Below the pieces are notes generated by a model. That model was not told the origin of the DNA. It did no database searches and saw only the letters and a list, made by a program, of their open reading frames with translations. A DNA stretch of 64,000 bases from Marsupella aquatica (lineage: Eukaryota; Plantae; Marchantiophyta): the NCBI GenBank assembly GCA_973895155.1, contig OZ316891.1, positions 6,109,708 through 6,173,707 on the forward strand. Reading direction: 5' to 3'. Positions within the stretch are counted from its first letter, which is position 1. Each line of letters begins with the position of its first letter. A program made the translations under genes and the position numbers. Shown piece after piece: positions 36,664 to 49,272 of this stretch.

Positions 36664-37359
36664 AATTCTTTATGAACCCCTTGGAATCACTTAGGGTAAA
36701 ACTTTTAATATACTTGTGAGCACTTACATGTTACATATACCCCTTATTAATTTTCATATGGCAAATTTAGAAGACCCTTGAAAAATATAATAAATAATTT
36801 TCAATATATTAAAAACACTTTTAAGTCAATTATAATTACTTTGGAATCTCATTGGAAAATTTCTTGTGTCTTTATAAAGTATCGTATATACAATACTAAA
36901 ACATGATCAAGTGCATATGTATAGTTTTTGCTTAACCGTCCATACTATTATAAAAAATTAAACTATTAATACATGATCTACACTAAGCAAGTGACACATG
37001 GACCCATGTGTTGGTGATTTGTGGCATACACTATGTGGTTATACCCTTGCATAGAAATGAAAACATTATTTTGATCAAATAAAAATATCTTAGTGTAATT
37101 ATATAATGAGATAAGGTGTTAAAAAATCACATTCATTACAAATTTATGATAATAATTATTATTTGAGCAAGATTTTAAATATCTTTCATTTGTTTGTACT
37201 TGGTTCTAAGAATCCAACAAGTGATTCCCCAAGGGCTTGAACAGAAAAATTAATTTCAGATCTGAAAAATTAAACAACATCTTCTTGAAAGTGATCCTCT
37301 TTTGAGTTCACCTTGCAAATGAAAGTGTCAACAGTTCACCTTGCAAATGAAAGTGTCAA

Positions 37360-39125
37360 CTATGTACGGGAAGAGAACGTACTATTTCAATCCAGGAAGT
37401 TCACCAAGAGGTAGCGCATGTCTTCAGGGAGCATCATGATGTGGCGGACGAGTTCATCAGCATCGTGCGACCCTAATATCACCTGACCGACATCGTCAAT
37501 TGAGACATCCGGCCGATGGCTGCTAATGATGTCCGGATCACTTAATTGCAGCTCGTCAGGGAAGGGTGTCTTCAAAGTGGAGGGGCACGTACCGGCAGAC
37601 AGTGGGGGACAAAGTAGCAAACCCGCAGCCGCAGATAGTGAGTGTGCTCGAGCTCCGGAGATGGTTGGAGCGGAGACGAGTCAGGGCAGTATACATTCTT
37701 GCTAAGGTCAAGAAGATTGAGAATATTCCACCGTCCATGCGGGCCGACGAGCTTACCCGACTCCAATTTCAAGTGGGGGAAGAAGGAGAAGCAGCGCAGG
37801 CCCACCTGGGTCTTCTCTGCTGGAGAATGAGAGAAGTTTTGGAGAGTTCTACTTTGGAGGCGCGGCAGGCTTTCTTCGACAAAGTGAAGGAAACGTTTAC
37901 ACGACCAAGTTTTGTGTGAAGAGTTAAACAGGTGTTCCTACGCCTTTCAGCGAAGCGATTCATCAGCTGTTCCGTGCCAGATTGAGTAGTAAGTCGAGGG
38001 ATATGTGCGTACCAATTAGTCTATGAAGTCCAACCATGATCCTCATATATAGATACTACGGGCCTCTATAGATAATTGATAGATGATGTTACAAGACAAA
38101 TGGACATTGACATCTGCGCTGTGAGGTACGGTGTGCTTAGGAAAGCAAATAGAAGAAGGCAAGTAGTTAATGCTGACGCTGACCACCTGATTAATGGTTT
38201 TTATGCCAAATTAATAAAAGCTCGTATCCCTTTAGAGTTTTCTAACCTTGCTTGCTGTACGTATCCATTCAGATTTTTTTAATAAACATAGTATTGCTTG
38301 TTCTGTCCATTCAGAATTTTCTGATGTACATGATCTTGCTTGTTATAGCAAGCAGAGCCTGTAGTCGAAGTTTCTTGTAATAAAATGATAACTTGACCTT
38401 CATATGGCAGGTGAGTTTCACTTCTGAGTCTACGGAATAAGTGTTTCCAATTAGGGTTCTCTCTCTCTTGTCTCTCTCTCTTAACAACATGAGTAGAACG
38501 CAAAAGAAATGGATGGCCAATAAAATAATAAGCTAGACAAGTATTATTACGAGCTATACACAGAAAATCCAATAATATACGCGATATGATACACTCGATA
38601 ACGCGAATAAAGACACCAATGTGATCAGGACATCTCAGACGTTCATAGACCCACTAAACCTAAGTTGAGTCGAAACCTGACCGACTTTCACAGACTCACT
38701 AAACCTAATTAAGTTGAGCCCAAATCCGATCTACCGGTCATCAGAAGCGCCTCCATAAAGGATTGAAAATAGCCATACATATATAATACCACACAGCGCA
38801 GGGTCAGACACCCTTAAACTGACACTGGAATCTTGAGTGGGAGCATGGAAGAAGATGACACAGACTTAGGAACAAAGGAGAATTGTGGGAGTGCAGTGTT
38901 TATACTCCAGGACCATCCAGTGACTTGACCTTATTAACATGGGCAAACATGATCAGGTGCCAGAAATTAATCTTTTATCATCCGTATCACTCCGTGTTTA
39001 CTATGCTGTATTCTAAAAACGGTTACAAAGTTAACAAGTTTTTGATCCAAAAGCTCTGAATCACTCCTGTTTGCTATGCTATATTCTATAAACGTTACAA
39101 AAACAATGAGGCAAAAGCCAGCCCT
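37360..39125 (+). repeat. left arm of an inverted duplication carrying a Sin3-like fragment (partner 49273..51140)
   Basis: The ORF SKWRGTYRQTVGDKVANPQPQ appears on + at 37566 and on - at 50938. The arm ends match (GCAAAAGCCAGCCCT and its reverse complement). Confidence 0.92.
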
Positions 39126-39553
39126 TTCTTGGCCTAAGTTTCCCCGCAGCAGCCTAGACATGGGTGCAAAAAGGTGCGATTCAAAATCAGGTGGAATAAG
39201 GACTTTATTTCACCCCGATGGCGGGGTTGAACGAAAAAATTGGGGTCTTGAACCATCTCGTTTGTTTCCCAGAAAAAGTTAAGAATGCTTGGTGATGTAA
39301 GTGGACTCACGACTTGAGTATCAGCGCTAACTAACTGCACCCTCATGGTCTAAGTCTAATCAAAATCTAAAACTATAATAAAGGATCCCTGACTAACTGC
39401 ACCCCTCATGGTTTAAGTCTAATCCTAATTTACAACTATAATAAGGATCCCTCATTTTTATAGTCCTTTGTCCCAATAGAAAAAAGCTCATAGGCTGGAA
39501 AAATACATTAGCTATTTTCCTTGACCATTTGATGAAAACAATATGTAACATGT

Positions 39554-39854
39554 TGTCGACTCGTTAGATGCGCAGAGCTTGAACACGAGACAGGAAAAAA
39601 CACTCAAAGCCATCGAACACGATTTTGAAAACTTCCTGGAGTGCAGATTTCATTATGCCTCAAAAGAGGGCGAGAGCCAGAGTACATAGTGGCGCGGGGA
39701 TGGACCTCAGTCCTTATCACACCGTTGTCCCGCGGAAGCCATGTGGCACAGAAAACGACGAAAGCAATGTGGCTTACAGTAAGCCTGATACTACTGTATG
39801 TAAATGTAGACTAACCGACAGACGAGCACCGAAACAGAAAGGTAAACTTTCACA
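39554..39854. mobile_element. solo LTR
   Basis: TG...CA termini (TGTCGAC...TTTCACA) with a 5-bp direct repeat CATGT on both sides. The flanks rejoin into sequence homologous to the reverse complement of about 57800-57975. Confidence 0.7.
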
Positions 39855-39952
39855 CATGTGCGTCCTGTTGCCCCACAAATACCCTGGCCTGACTCCCTAG
39901 CCCTCCTTGAATAGTGGTGGCATAGGGCTCGTGCTAACGAAATCTCGTAGCG

Positions 39953-40402
39953 CTACTGTGTGAAAACGAAATTGCAAAATGCCGTCGCAGGATCCTTTTC
40001 ATGTCGAACCTCATAAGACATATGGACAACATCTCGGAGAGGTTTTCGTGTCTCCTCCACTTTACCAGCCAAAAACATGCAGGACGTTGCAATGATATAT
40101 CTATCATTTTTCAAATGTGAGTGTCGAAGGTAGAATCGATGAGAGAAGACAATTGCCGTGGCGATGGTCAACTGATGGACTCTCAGACGCATGCCCAGAT
40201 CTTGAAGGAAAGTAGAATAGCACACTCGAAAGTACGTCTCTTTCTTCAAATCGATACCGTCAAGACGCGAAGGAGACCTTGTCTCTATTTCCTCCCTTGA
40301 AAAATACCAGTTGGAACTCAAATGGTCAGGCTCCTCGAGCCTCCCTAATAGTGTTCCACATCCCGCTAATGCCCTCTGGGGAGCTTGAAATCCACCAGAC
40401 AT
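39953..40402 (-). pseudogene. CYCT1: 3'-truncated cyclin T1-like copy (N-terminal cyclin box only)
   Basis: 149-aa ORF near-identical to the 33.8-34.2 kb copy. It is in frame through [13 protein letters not shown] and homology ends at about 39986. Confidence 0.85.
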
Positions 40403-43400
40403 GGTTCCCTGCCTTCTGCGTTCCTCGAAGAAAGAAACCTGGCTTTCTAATTTGATACCTGCGCACTAAACTGCCAGTGAGATATTTTTAATCATAAGCT
40501 CAACACAACCGAGACTTTTGTGGTGGGACTAATCCGCACGTACACAAACGCTGTCCCAATTCAGCGAGTCAAGGAAACTGTCTGAAAAGCACAAAGGGCC
40601 GACAATTTATCCACGATCCCGAGTAAGGCCACGGAAAACGAGGATGGTCAAAATGTAAGCCCCTTACTCTTTAGCCTCAAGCTTAAATACCCATGCTACC
40701 TCTCCAGCCACCCGCCAGAAGACTTCTTTGCTGTGAAGGAGGTTGTGAAGGAGGTTGAGGCTGGCGCCTGAAATCATACAAGAGACTGACTAAGGACTCC
40801 CCTCCAAGGACAAGTGACACTCCCTCGATCCGTCAAACAAAAGACTTCAGGCTCAAGCCTAAAACACCCATGCTTCCTCCCAAGCCACCCGCCGGAAGGC
40901 TTCCTTACTGTGAAGGAGGTCAAGCCTCAAATCATATATACAAGAGACTGACGAAGGACTCCCCTCCAAGGACAAGTGATTCTCCCTCGGGTAAACAAAG
41001 AGGCTGAAGCACGTCAATTAAAGCAACAACAGTCCACCCAGTTCTCGGCATTGACTTGAAATCCCGATCCAGGCTAAGCCACTCACCAACACCGCCACTC
41101 GCATGATCAAAGGCAGACCCGTAATACATAAATCGGGGCAGTAATACATAAATCGGGGCAGTTACATAAATCGGGACACCATGCATGAACGAATTAAGGG
41201 CATCCACAACCCTGAACGCCCTCTCCTCCCACCTGCTGGTACCAGAAATTGACCTAACCGAGCTTAAACCTCCATGTCCTCCTCCTCCTCTTACCTTTCC
41301 TCACAGTCATGCTCGCTGACAAACAAAATTTGGCCTAGAATAAAAAGGTCCAAATTAAAATTACCAGTAATCTTATCGTACGATGATAATCCCTGTTTAA
41401 CGTGATGGGAATAGCCGTCCGTGCGCTGTCGTACTTGTCAGACGATTGCGAAGATGAGAAGTTCCCATCCAAGTCGGGCCTTGAGGTCCATTCCCTCAAC
41501 TTCGAAGGCTACTCAGATGCATCCTTTGCCGGCAATACCACGAACAGAACTTCCACATCCAGATATGTAGTCAAGCTTACAAATGGTGTTGTCAGCTGAA
41601 AATTAATCATAACATGCCCTAAGGCCCACCAAATTTGATCTTGCTATGCCCTCTCAATTTCTTGCTCATCTTGATCCTTTGCTATCGCATATCTGGCCTT
41701 CTTGATAGAAGGAGTTCGATGATATCTAGCAACCCCACCACCCAGTTCACTCAGTGTCAATTCGGTGAACTTGGCTTGCCTGCCCAGTGGCATCTCATGG
41801 CCTCTTGGCTCACCTTTGCAGACACAAACCAGTACCGATGTGCTGCTATGGAGGGAGGTCTGATCCTGCTGCCGCATAACTGAGTTCCAGCTGGTGCAAC
41901 CCATCTGGCTGCATTCTGGATTCTGTTCGATCTAAGATAGGATCGTCCCTAGTAGTGAAAATTCCCTCACTAATCCATGTTTGCATCCAAGACCTTGCGT
42001 GGTCTTTGCCAAGGGGAAACAACAGGGGACAGTGTTTCCCACTTTGGAAATGTGAAGGCTTTGGTCTTAGTGGGCTTTCTTCCGGTGCATTCTGAAGATT
42101 ATCTTCTCTGTTACACAAACAACTAATTTCTACATCATATTTTTTGGGGAAAGGAGCCTGCCAAAAGATGGGTGATTAGCCCTTCACTCCCAAAAATTGA
42201 CTTACCTTAAAGCTATTAGATTTTTTAGTCAAAACTCAACGTGACTTCCCCAAACAGCTGCTTCTTGGTTTGCTGCCTCTCTTTCCAGATAGGTGCTTTG
42301 TGGTTAGTCATGCCCACTAGTAAGCCAGGTGACTTACTAAGTAGGCTTTGGCACTCTCTAGTATCATTTTTGTTATTTTCCTATGAAGTCACCCTGTAAT
42401 TGACTCAATTATAATTGGCCTTTTTGTAACTCTCATCCCCTAGAACTTGACTGATTGAGAATAAATATATAATATTTAGGCTATGAATAATGTGTAATGA
42501 AATTCTTGAAGTTACATTATCTTAAATCTGAACTACAGTGCAAAAGTTCTTTTTCTATGCATCTTGGGGTCCTCACTATATGAAAACCTTCCCATCACCT
42601 AAGACATATTTAGGCCTTGGATCTCCTAAAATGCAAAAATTTTGTTTTTAAAAGTAACTCTTATAAAGCTAGAACATTCTTGGATTATTGCAAAATTTTG
42701 ATTAAAAAACATTAATATTCGTATAAGTCTCAAAATTGAATTTAAAATTCTCTATTGGTTTTTCTGCAAAATTCTTAAGTTATCCCTAAGAACCAATAAA
42801 ATGATTTTATTCTTTGTGGCACGTGGTGCCATTTTTGTGGAAGTGAAACCCCCGAGCTTTTTATGAATCATTGAGAAATCACTTAGGGTAAAAATCTTAA
42901 TACCCTTGTGAGCACTTACATGTTACACACCCCTTATTAATTTTCATATAGCTAATTCTTTGGCAAATTTAAAAGACAATACTAAGATACAATCAAGTGC
43001 ATATGGATAGCTCAATGTATAGTTCTTGCTTAACCGCCCATATCATTGTAAAAAATTTAACTACTAATACAAGACCTATGCTAAGAAAATGATACATGGA
43101 CCAATCCATTGGTGATTTGTGGCATACACTATGTGATAATACCCTTGCATAGAAAAAAATTGGACAAGAAACAAACAAACCTTAGTGTGATTATGTAATA
43201 AGATGAGTTAAAAAATCATGTTCATTGCAAATTTGTGATTATAAGTATTAATTGAGAGAGCTTTTAAATACCCCTCATTTGTTTGCAGTGGTTCTAAGAA
43301 TCCGACAAGTGATTTCCCAGGGGCATGAACAGAAAAAAAGATCTGAAAAATTAAACAACTTCTTGACAGTAATCCTCTTTTGAGTTCACCTTGCAAATTA

Positions 43401-43409
43401 GAGTGTCAA
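39986..43409. repeat. direct segmental duplication, copy B
   Basis: Same order as copy A: cyclin T 5' part, upstream repeats, RNase H fragment, WD40 fragment, MITE, AT-rich tail. Confidence 0.92.
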
Positions 43410-44682
43410 ATTGTGAGACTTTTACATGATTGATATGAAGACTTAAAAATATGGAAAGTAAATGTGCATTATTTACTTGGTTATCCTTAGAAACAATAGA
43501 AAATTATTTGTTTCAACCCCTTCAAAGTTAGAATATTTTTGGAATATTCCAAAATCTTGGTTAGAAGGACTGTAATGTTTCTATAAGTCTCAAATTTGAA
43601 AAGACCATATTTTTCTATTGAGAAAATTTTTAAAGTCTTCATTTTGAACCAATAAAATGACTCTATCATTTGTCGTTGCACATGATGTGTTATTTTTGTG
43701 GAAATGAAACCCCCGAGCAATCTTGGAATACATGGACTGAGAAACACCTATTGATTACAATGAGTCCATGTAATATGGTCTCATTCACAATTGGAGGACC
43801 CAAAAGGAATGTCACACTAAAAAGTGACCATAGTTTATTATGCTTTAGGATATCATTTGTAGGTTGTAATGAGATGATATAAAAAAATTGATGTATTGTA
43901 CTTAATAAACATCTTGTAGGTTGGTAACATTCATTAAAGTATCTAACATTTGAGACTTTGAAGCTTTCCTTATATGTCCTTCAAAGATTGATAATAGGAC
44001 TTGTCATGCAACGGGTCACATCATTTCAGGACTCAAAAATACCCCAAAAAATGTATTTTAGACAATGAAATTTTACTAAAGCATGCATACTGTCTAATAG
44101 AATAATCCTATATTTTAAAACTCAAATATGGACACACACTAAACCTTTATATACAGGACAAAAATAATCAAAAAAATTGGCTTATTTAGGGTCATCAATA
44201 ATAGGATCCCTTAAAATAGTTGAAAACTTGATTTATCAACATGGTGAGGTAGGTTAGACCATGTAAAATACCCGATAAAATAGTCTTGTGAAAAAATTAG
44301 ACAGTTTAAATGTCTTGAGATAAAATCATGATGAAACTTTTTCCATGTTACAAAAGTCATTTTTCACTTAAAAAGTATATTCTTGAGTCGGGAAAGTGGT
44401 TCCTGCGAGGTACACCCAATTGTGAATGAGGCCATATGATAGATATTCCAGATCAATGACAATAACCCAGACAGTTACATTGTAGTAATTTAGTAAGTGT
44501 AGGTTGAAAGAATTTAGATTTCTTGCTCCGGTTCCCCTGAGCCCGCAATCTTAACTAAATTGCGGAGGACGTGCAAACACTCGAAGGGTAGGTTTTATTA
44601 ATTTTAAACTAATAATGATAATTATTACCAGTAATAAGGAAAATTTTAATACTAAAATGGAAATAACAAGGGGTAAACAGGA

Positions 44683-44821
44683 AAAGGGCCCGATCGCAAG
44701 GGATTCACTTCTTTTACACGGAGTGAGGGCCCAGGGTCTGATTCTAAAGCTATGCCAAAATACGGATACCCTGGGCCCTCACTCCGTGTAAAAGAAGTGG
44801 ACCTCCTGCGATCGGGCCCTT
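44683..44821. repeat. near-perfect hairpin (stem about 55 bp, loop about 30 nt)
   Basis: AAGGGCCCGATCGCA..CACTTCTTTTACACGGAGTGAGGGCCCAGGGT pairs with ACCCTGGGCCCTCACTCCGTGTAAAAGAAGTG..TGCGATCGGGCCCTT. Confidence 0.92.
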
Positions 44822-44996
44822 GACTACCTTAACACTTAGCTCCGGCGTTGCTAACTCCGATGTCAAACTCCCTTATGGTCCAAGCCCGGATAGGCCATTG
44901 GGGGAGGACTTAGCATGGGGAGACTTGTGGACAATGAGACGTGGCACCGACGAAGGCAAGACGCCAAGCTGGTGAAAACACTGATGACTTAGACTA

Positions 44997-45230
44997 GGTC
45001 AAAAACAAGCTTGAGGGGTACTGAAAAGTCACTCATTTTCTCCACAAAAAGGATATACTCCTTGTCCTTATTCCAAGAATATTCCAAAATGACCAAAATG
45101 TGACATGGAATGGTCAAGATTGCTTGGAAAAACTTTAAAGGTTAGATCTTGCATGTCGAGTCTTTGGAAGTGTGCACAACATTGTTGGAAGTGCCCCCAA
45201 CCTTGTGGAAGATAGTGTGTCCAACCTTTT
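44997..45230 (-). mobile_element. truncated relative of the 56811..57199 MITE
   Basis: GGTCAAAAACAAGCTTGAGGGGTACTGAAAAG..CATTTTCTCCAC resembles the reverse complement of the MITE right end. Confidence 0.7.
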
Positions 45231-45307
45231 GGGGAGGGTATTCCTCTTGGGCCCAAGGCCAATGGAGTTGACGCCATGGGCAACGGACGCTTGCTGCGCA
45301 AGTTATG

Positions 45308-46255
45308 GCCCCTGGGCTCTCAGTCTCAACTAATACATGGAGGATGTGCAAACCATTCGGTAGTTTTTATTCATTTTGAACTAATAAATTTTATAATTAT
45401 TACCGATAATAAAGGAACTTTTAATGGTAAAATGGAAATAACAAGGGGTAAACACGAAAAGGGCCCAATCGTAGGGGGTCCACTTCTTTTACACGGAGTG
45501 AGGGCCCAGGGGTTATGGCCCAATCCAAGTTGGGCCGATCGGGACCCCAAGTGGTGATAAGATTTCAGGGCCTAGCCATGAGCAGTGGGTCGGCCCAATC
45601 ACAACGGGCTAAGGCACTCTATTTGCGAATGCCTAGCGAGAAAGTTATGGGTGTTGCCAGTTGGTGGCGCGCCCAAATTTGTGGGATAGGGTCCGGGTTG
45701 GGGTCCAAAAGTTTTGGGACCAAAGTTTGTCCGGGGGTGGCGGGTCTCCAAAGGCATACATGAGGGGAGTGGTGTCTCTTTGGGGGCTAAGGGCAAGCCA
45801 AAGTCGTGAGCCGCGGCGATCGCGACACTAAAGGAAAACACCAAACAAAAATGGTGGTATCTTCCCAACAGGAAGTCCTTTGGAGGACAAATCCTGCCGA
45901 AACAGCAGCCAGGTCGCGTTCAATATCCCAACGGAGCTTGCGTTAGGGAGGCAAGGCCAAGCGTGAAGGTTGAGTTCCAAAGGTGTCTGGCCCCTAGACC
46001 ATTAGTGGGGCGAAAACCAGGATTGGTTGCTAGAGTTGGGGCCATTCTGGTCGTGGGCCCTCTGTCACTCCGTGTAAAAGAAGTGAACCTCCCTGGGATT
46101 GGGTCATTTTCCTGTTTACCCCTTGTTATTTTATTTTACTATTAAAAGTTCCTTTATTACCAGTAAATTATAATTATTAGTTCAAAATTAAGAGAAACTA
46201 CCCTTCAAGCGTTTGCACGTCCTCCACATATTAGTTAAGACTGAGGGCCCAGGGT
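45308..46255. mobile_element. foldback-type element with about 200-bp terminal inverted repeats
   Basis: 45308-45512 (CCCTGGGCTCTCAGTCTCAACTAAT...ACACGGAGTGAGGGCCC) is inverted at 46055-46255. Another left-arm copy is at about 44535-44737. Confidence 0.75.
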
Positions 46256-48043
46256 ATTTATGGTCCCGACGTGTTGGGACAAGCTTGGGACAAGCTTTAG
46301 GACAAGCTACGTTATTTGGGCCATGAACATGTCTTGGGGTCAGGGGGATCAATTGGTGATCGATAAATACGAGGGGGAACCCGGGCCGCGCCCAAGGAAG
46401 AAGTTGTTCTAGACAAACAGTGGGCGTTGGTTCTGGTTCTGCCTTATGGCATCGGGAGGACCTATCGCTTACCTACTTACCAATATCTGTTGAGCTTGAG
46501 ATAGGATGCTAGACTTGGGAGATCTAGATCCTAAAGGGTTATTTACCGAGGTGTTGGTTGCTTGTGCAGACAATGAGGACCGTTGAGTAGCGGTCATGTT
46601 GGAGAGCAAACTATGCGGCTTCGTATGGGAGGGGCACTAGGTTGCTTGCTCAAGGGATTCCATGGAGGCGTTTGGGCACCAGGGGTACTTAATTGTGAGT
46701 GTCAGGATTGATGAGGGCATTGGGTGGCAAGGTCCACCACTTCAAAGAAAGAAAATACTCATATATAAATTGTAACCGTTTTCTTGTGTAAACTAGCCAG
46801 AGTAAACTATTTAAGGTTGTGACTTGAAGGTAATGTGTCAACGTGTTTGGAGGAGGGGGAGCTTCAGTTGGGTAGTTTGTAGAACATGATGGTTTTGTTT
46901 ATTTCTTAGTTACCATTCAAGCCAAAAGTACCTAAGTCCTATTGTCCTTGGAGACCAAATTAAGCTAGATTTGTGAGATGCCATTCCATCCATGGTAAAT
47001 CCATCTGATGGGGACGATACTATGCGTCCGGAGGAAAACTAGGATTCAATTTTTACTTCAAACTGGATGAGTATGAGATGTACATAATGAAGGTAATTTC
47101 TCATTTAGCAGAGCAAAACGTTTTTTCCCGCTAGTAGCTGTTGCTTGAAGCCACAATGAGTCAACCGACCACATCATTATTAAATGGGCAAAATAACTGT
47201 CCAGGTTGCACTGGAAGAGACTGGAGACGAGACGAGCAAACACGGAGTTCAACTAAGACATGAAGAAGGGTCGTGCCACCAAAATTCAGCGAGCATCACT
47301 GAGTTAGACTGCATCTGAAGGGCCGGAAGACTGCATCTGAAAATTGCTTTTGCTGCAGCTGTTAAGTTGTTGTAATGGTGGGATGCTGTTAGTGAGGTAA
47401 GGAGGAGATATATGAACAATGATTAGCTAGTTAATTATATAAGACAGGAGGGTAGGACTCCAGGTTGGATGGGTCAGCCAAGGAAGAAATGAACGATGAC
47501 TATATATAGCAGCAGGGTGGACAAACGTGGCTGATGGCATTGACTGTACGTACGTGCTCTTGTAGGTAAGATAAGTAAGGAGGAGACGACCACTGACTAA
47601 CTAGAAGCCTGGGAGGTGTGGACGAGTCAGCCAAGGAAGAGATGAACAATGACTGTAGCAGGAGGGTGGGACAAAGGTGTATGATGGCTGGCGTTGCCGT
47701 TGACTGTGTTTTTGTTGGGAAACTACAGGAAGAGATCATGAACAATGGCTATCCCAGGAGGTAGGAATAGGGATGGGCATGGATGGCACTGACTATCAAC
47801 AACCAGTGATTCAGAAGCATTTAAGAGCGGCTAGAGCCCGGGCTAGAGGAATCTCAGAACAGTTGCGCAAATTGGTTTGGGCGTTGTTGGTTCCCCCTTC
47901 TGCAGCAACGACCCGATTCTCTACATCTCTACAGCTGTGGCAACAGCTCATATTATATCAGATTGTGAGCACTCAAACGCAGTAGTCCGATCCAAGTTAT
48001 AAGCGCAGTCGGCCAGAACAGAGACTTTGGGGCTGGTAGCACA

Positions 48044-48556
48044 ATGACATCATTGGTTGCACGTACCGGGCGTTACCAGCAGCGTTATGATCAAGGGTAC
48101 CGCCTTGTTGCTGGTTGTGTACCTTATAGAAATCGATCACCAGGCCTGGATAATGGCAACTCAGAGAAAAATATTGAGGTCCTCATGATCACCTCACAAC
48201 GAGGTGAAGGTCTACTTTTCCCCAAGGGTGGCTGGGAAACTGATGAGACAGTGGAAGGGGCAGCTTTGAGAGAAGCTCTTGAAGAGGCGGGAGTGCGTGG
48301 CATTCTTAGAGAAAATCTTGGTAGCTGGGACTACAAAAGTAAGAGGAAACAAGGAGAATTATGTCCAGAAGGACTCTGTCGGGCCAATATGTTTGCTCTG
48401 TCTGTCACAGAGCAGTTGGATAATTGGCCTGAACAGCATGCCCGCTAACGACGATGGTTTTCATTGGACGATGCGCTTGAGCAATGTCAGGTGGAATGGA
48501 TGCGGAAAGCTCTCGTTAAGTGCAAAGCTTATTTGACAGTCGCGACTACCGGCTAG
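48044..48556 (+). pseudogene. Nudix hydrolase (plant NUDT12/13/16/17/18, DIPP-like clade), intronless, with premature stop at 48446
   Basis: MTSLVARTGRYQQRY..RLVAGCVPY..EVLMITSQ..LLFPKGGWETDETVEGAALREALEEAGV..WPEQHAR*RRWFSLDDALEQCQVEWMRKAL. Confidence 0.88.
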
Positions 48557-49272
48557 GGTGGCTGCATCTACATGCATGCAGTTCAATACCCAACATTTTC
48601 GTACCCATTTGCCAAGCGGCAGGAAGTTGGGATGACTAGCACCAGTTTATATCTAGCTTCCATCTGAGATGAACTCGAGGTAGAAGTACAGAGATGGGTG
48701 CGTTGGCTAGAGTAGCTTGGAAATAGGCTAAAATGTTTTTGATGTCATTATCGCCGCATGTCCAGGATGATAATGATCGGCAATTTAGTATCTGAGGGGA
48801 GATTTTGCTAGATTTCTGAGCAACGAGTAGAGAGGTAGGGGACGGTTTTGCTGCAGTCCCTTGGTAATTGAATACTGCCGATGGAACCACATTCCACATA
48901 TGAAAGCCTTCGGGACTTTGAATTGAAGGATGCATGTGTGTTTTTGTACTCACTGGACACCTGTCTTAATTAAGTATGGGCTCGACACCACATCACTGTT
49001 CTCGATCATAAAAAGCTAGTGCAACAAGAAATATTGAAATAAGCCATGCAATGGTCTCTGCAAAATAAGTAATTGTAGGTTTGTCATAACTTCTTTGATG
49101 AGTATATATAGCTAATACCTTTCAAAGAATGGGTGTAAAGGTCAATCTTGTCGTCACTAGGAATCAAGGTCTGCACTCTTGCACATAATTGGATTTTTCT
49201 TCGAGGGTTCTCCTATTGCAATCAATGGTAGGTACTAGTCGAGTCCTTTCAAGGCGGGACTTAATTTGTGTC

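Larger units (their letters stand above)
33760..37340. repeat. direct segmental duplication, copy A (copy B is 39986..43409)
   Basis: Collinear near-identity from GCAGGATCCTTTTCATGTCGAACC to TGAGTTCACCTTGCAAAT..GTGTCAA. Confidence 0.92.

Noticed and set aside
47470-47660. CAGCCAAGGA motifs resembling miR169
   Set aside because: Only about 10 nt match, the copies are direct repeats, and no complementary star arm is visible.
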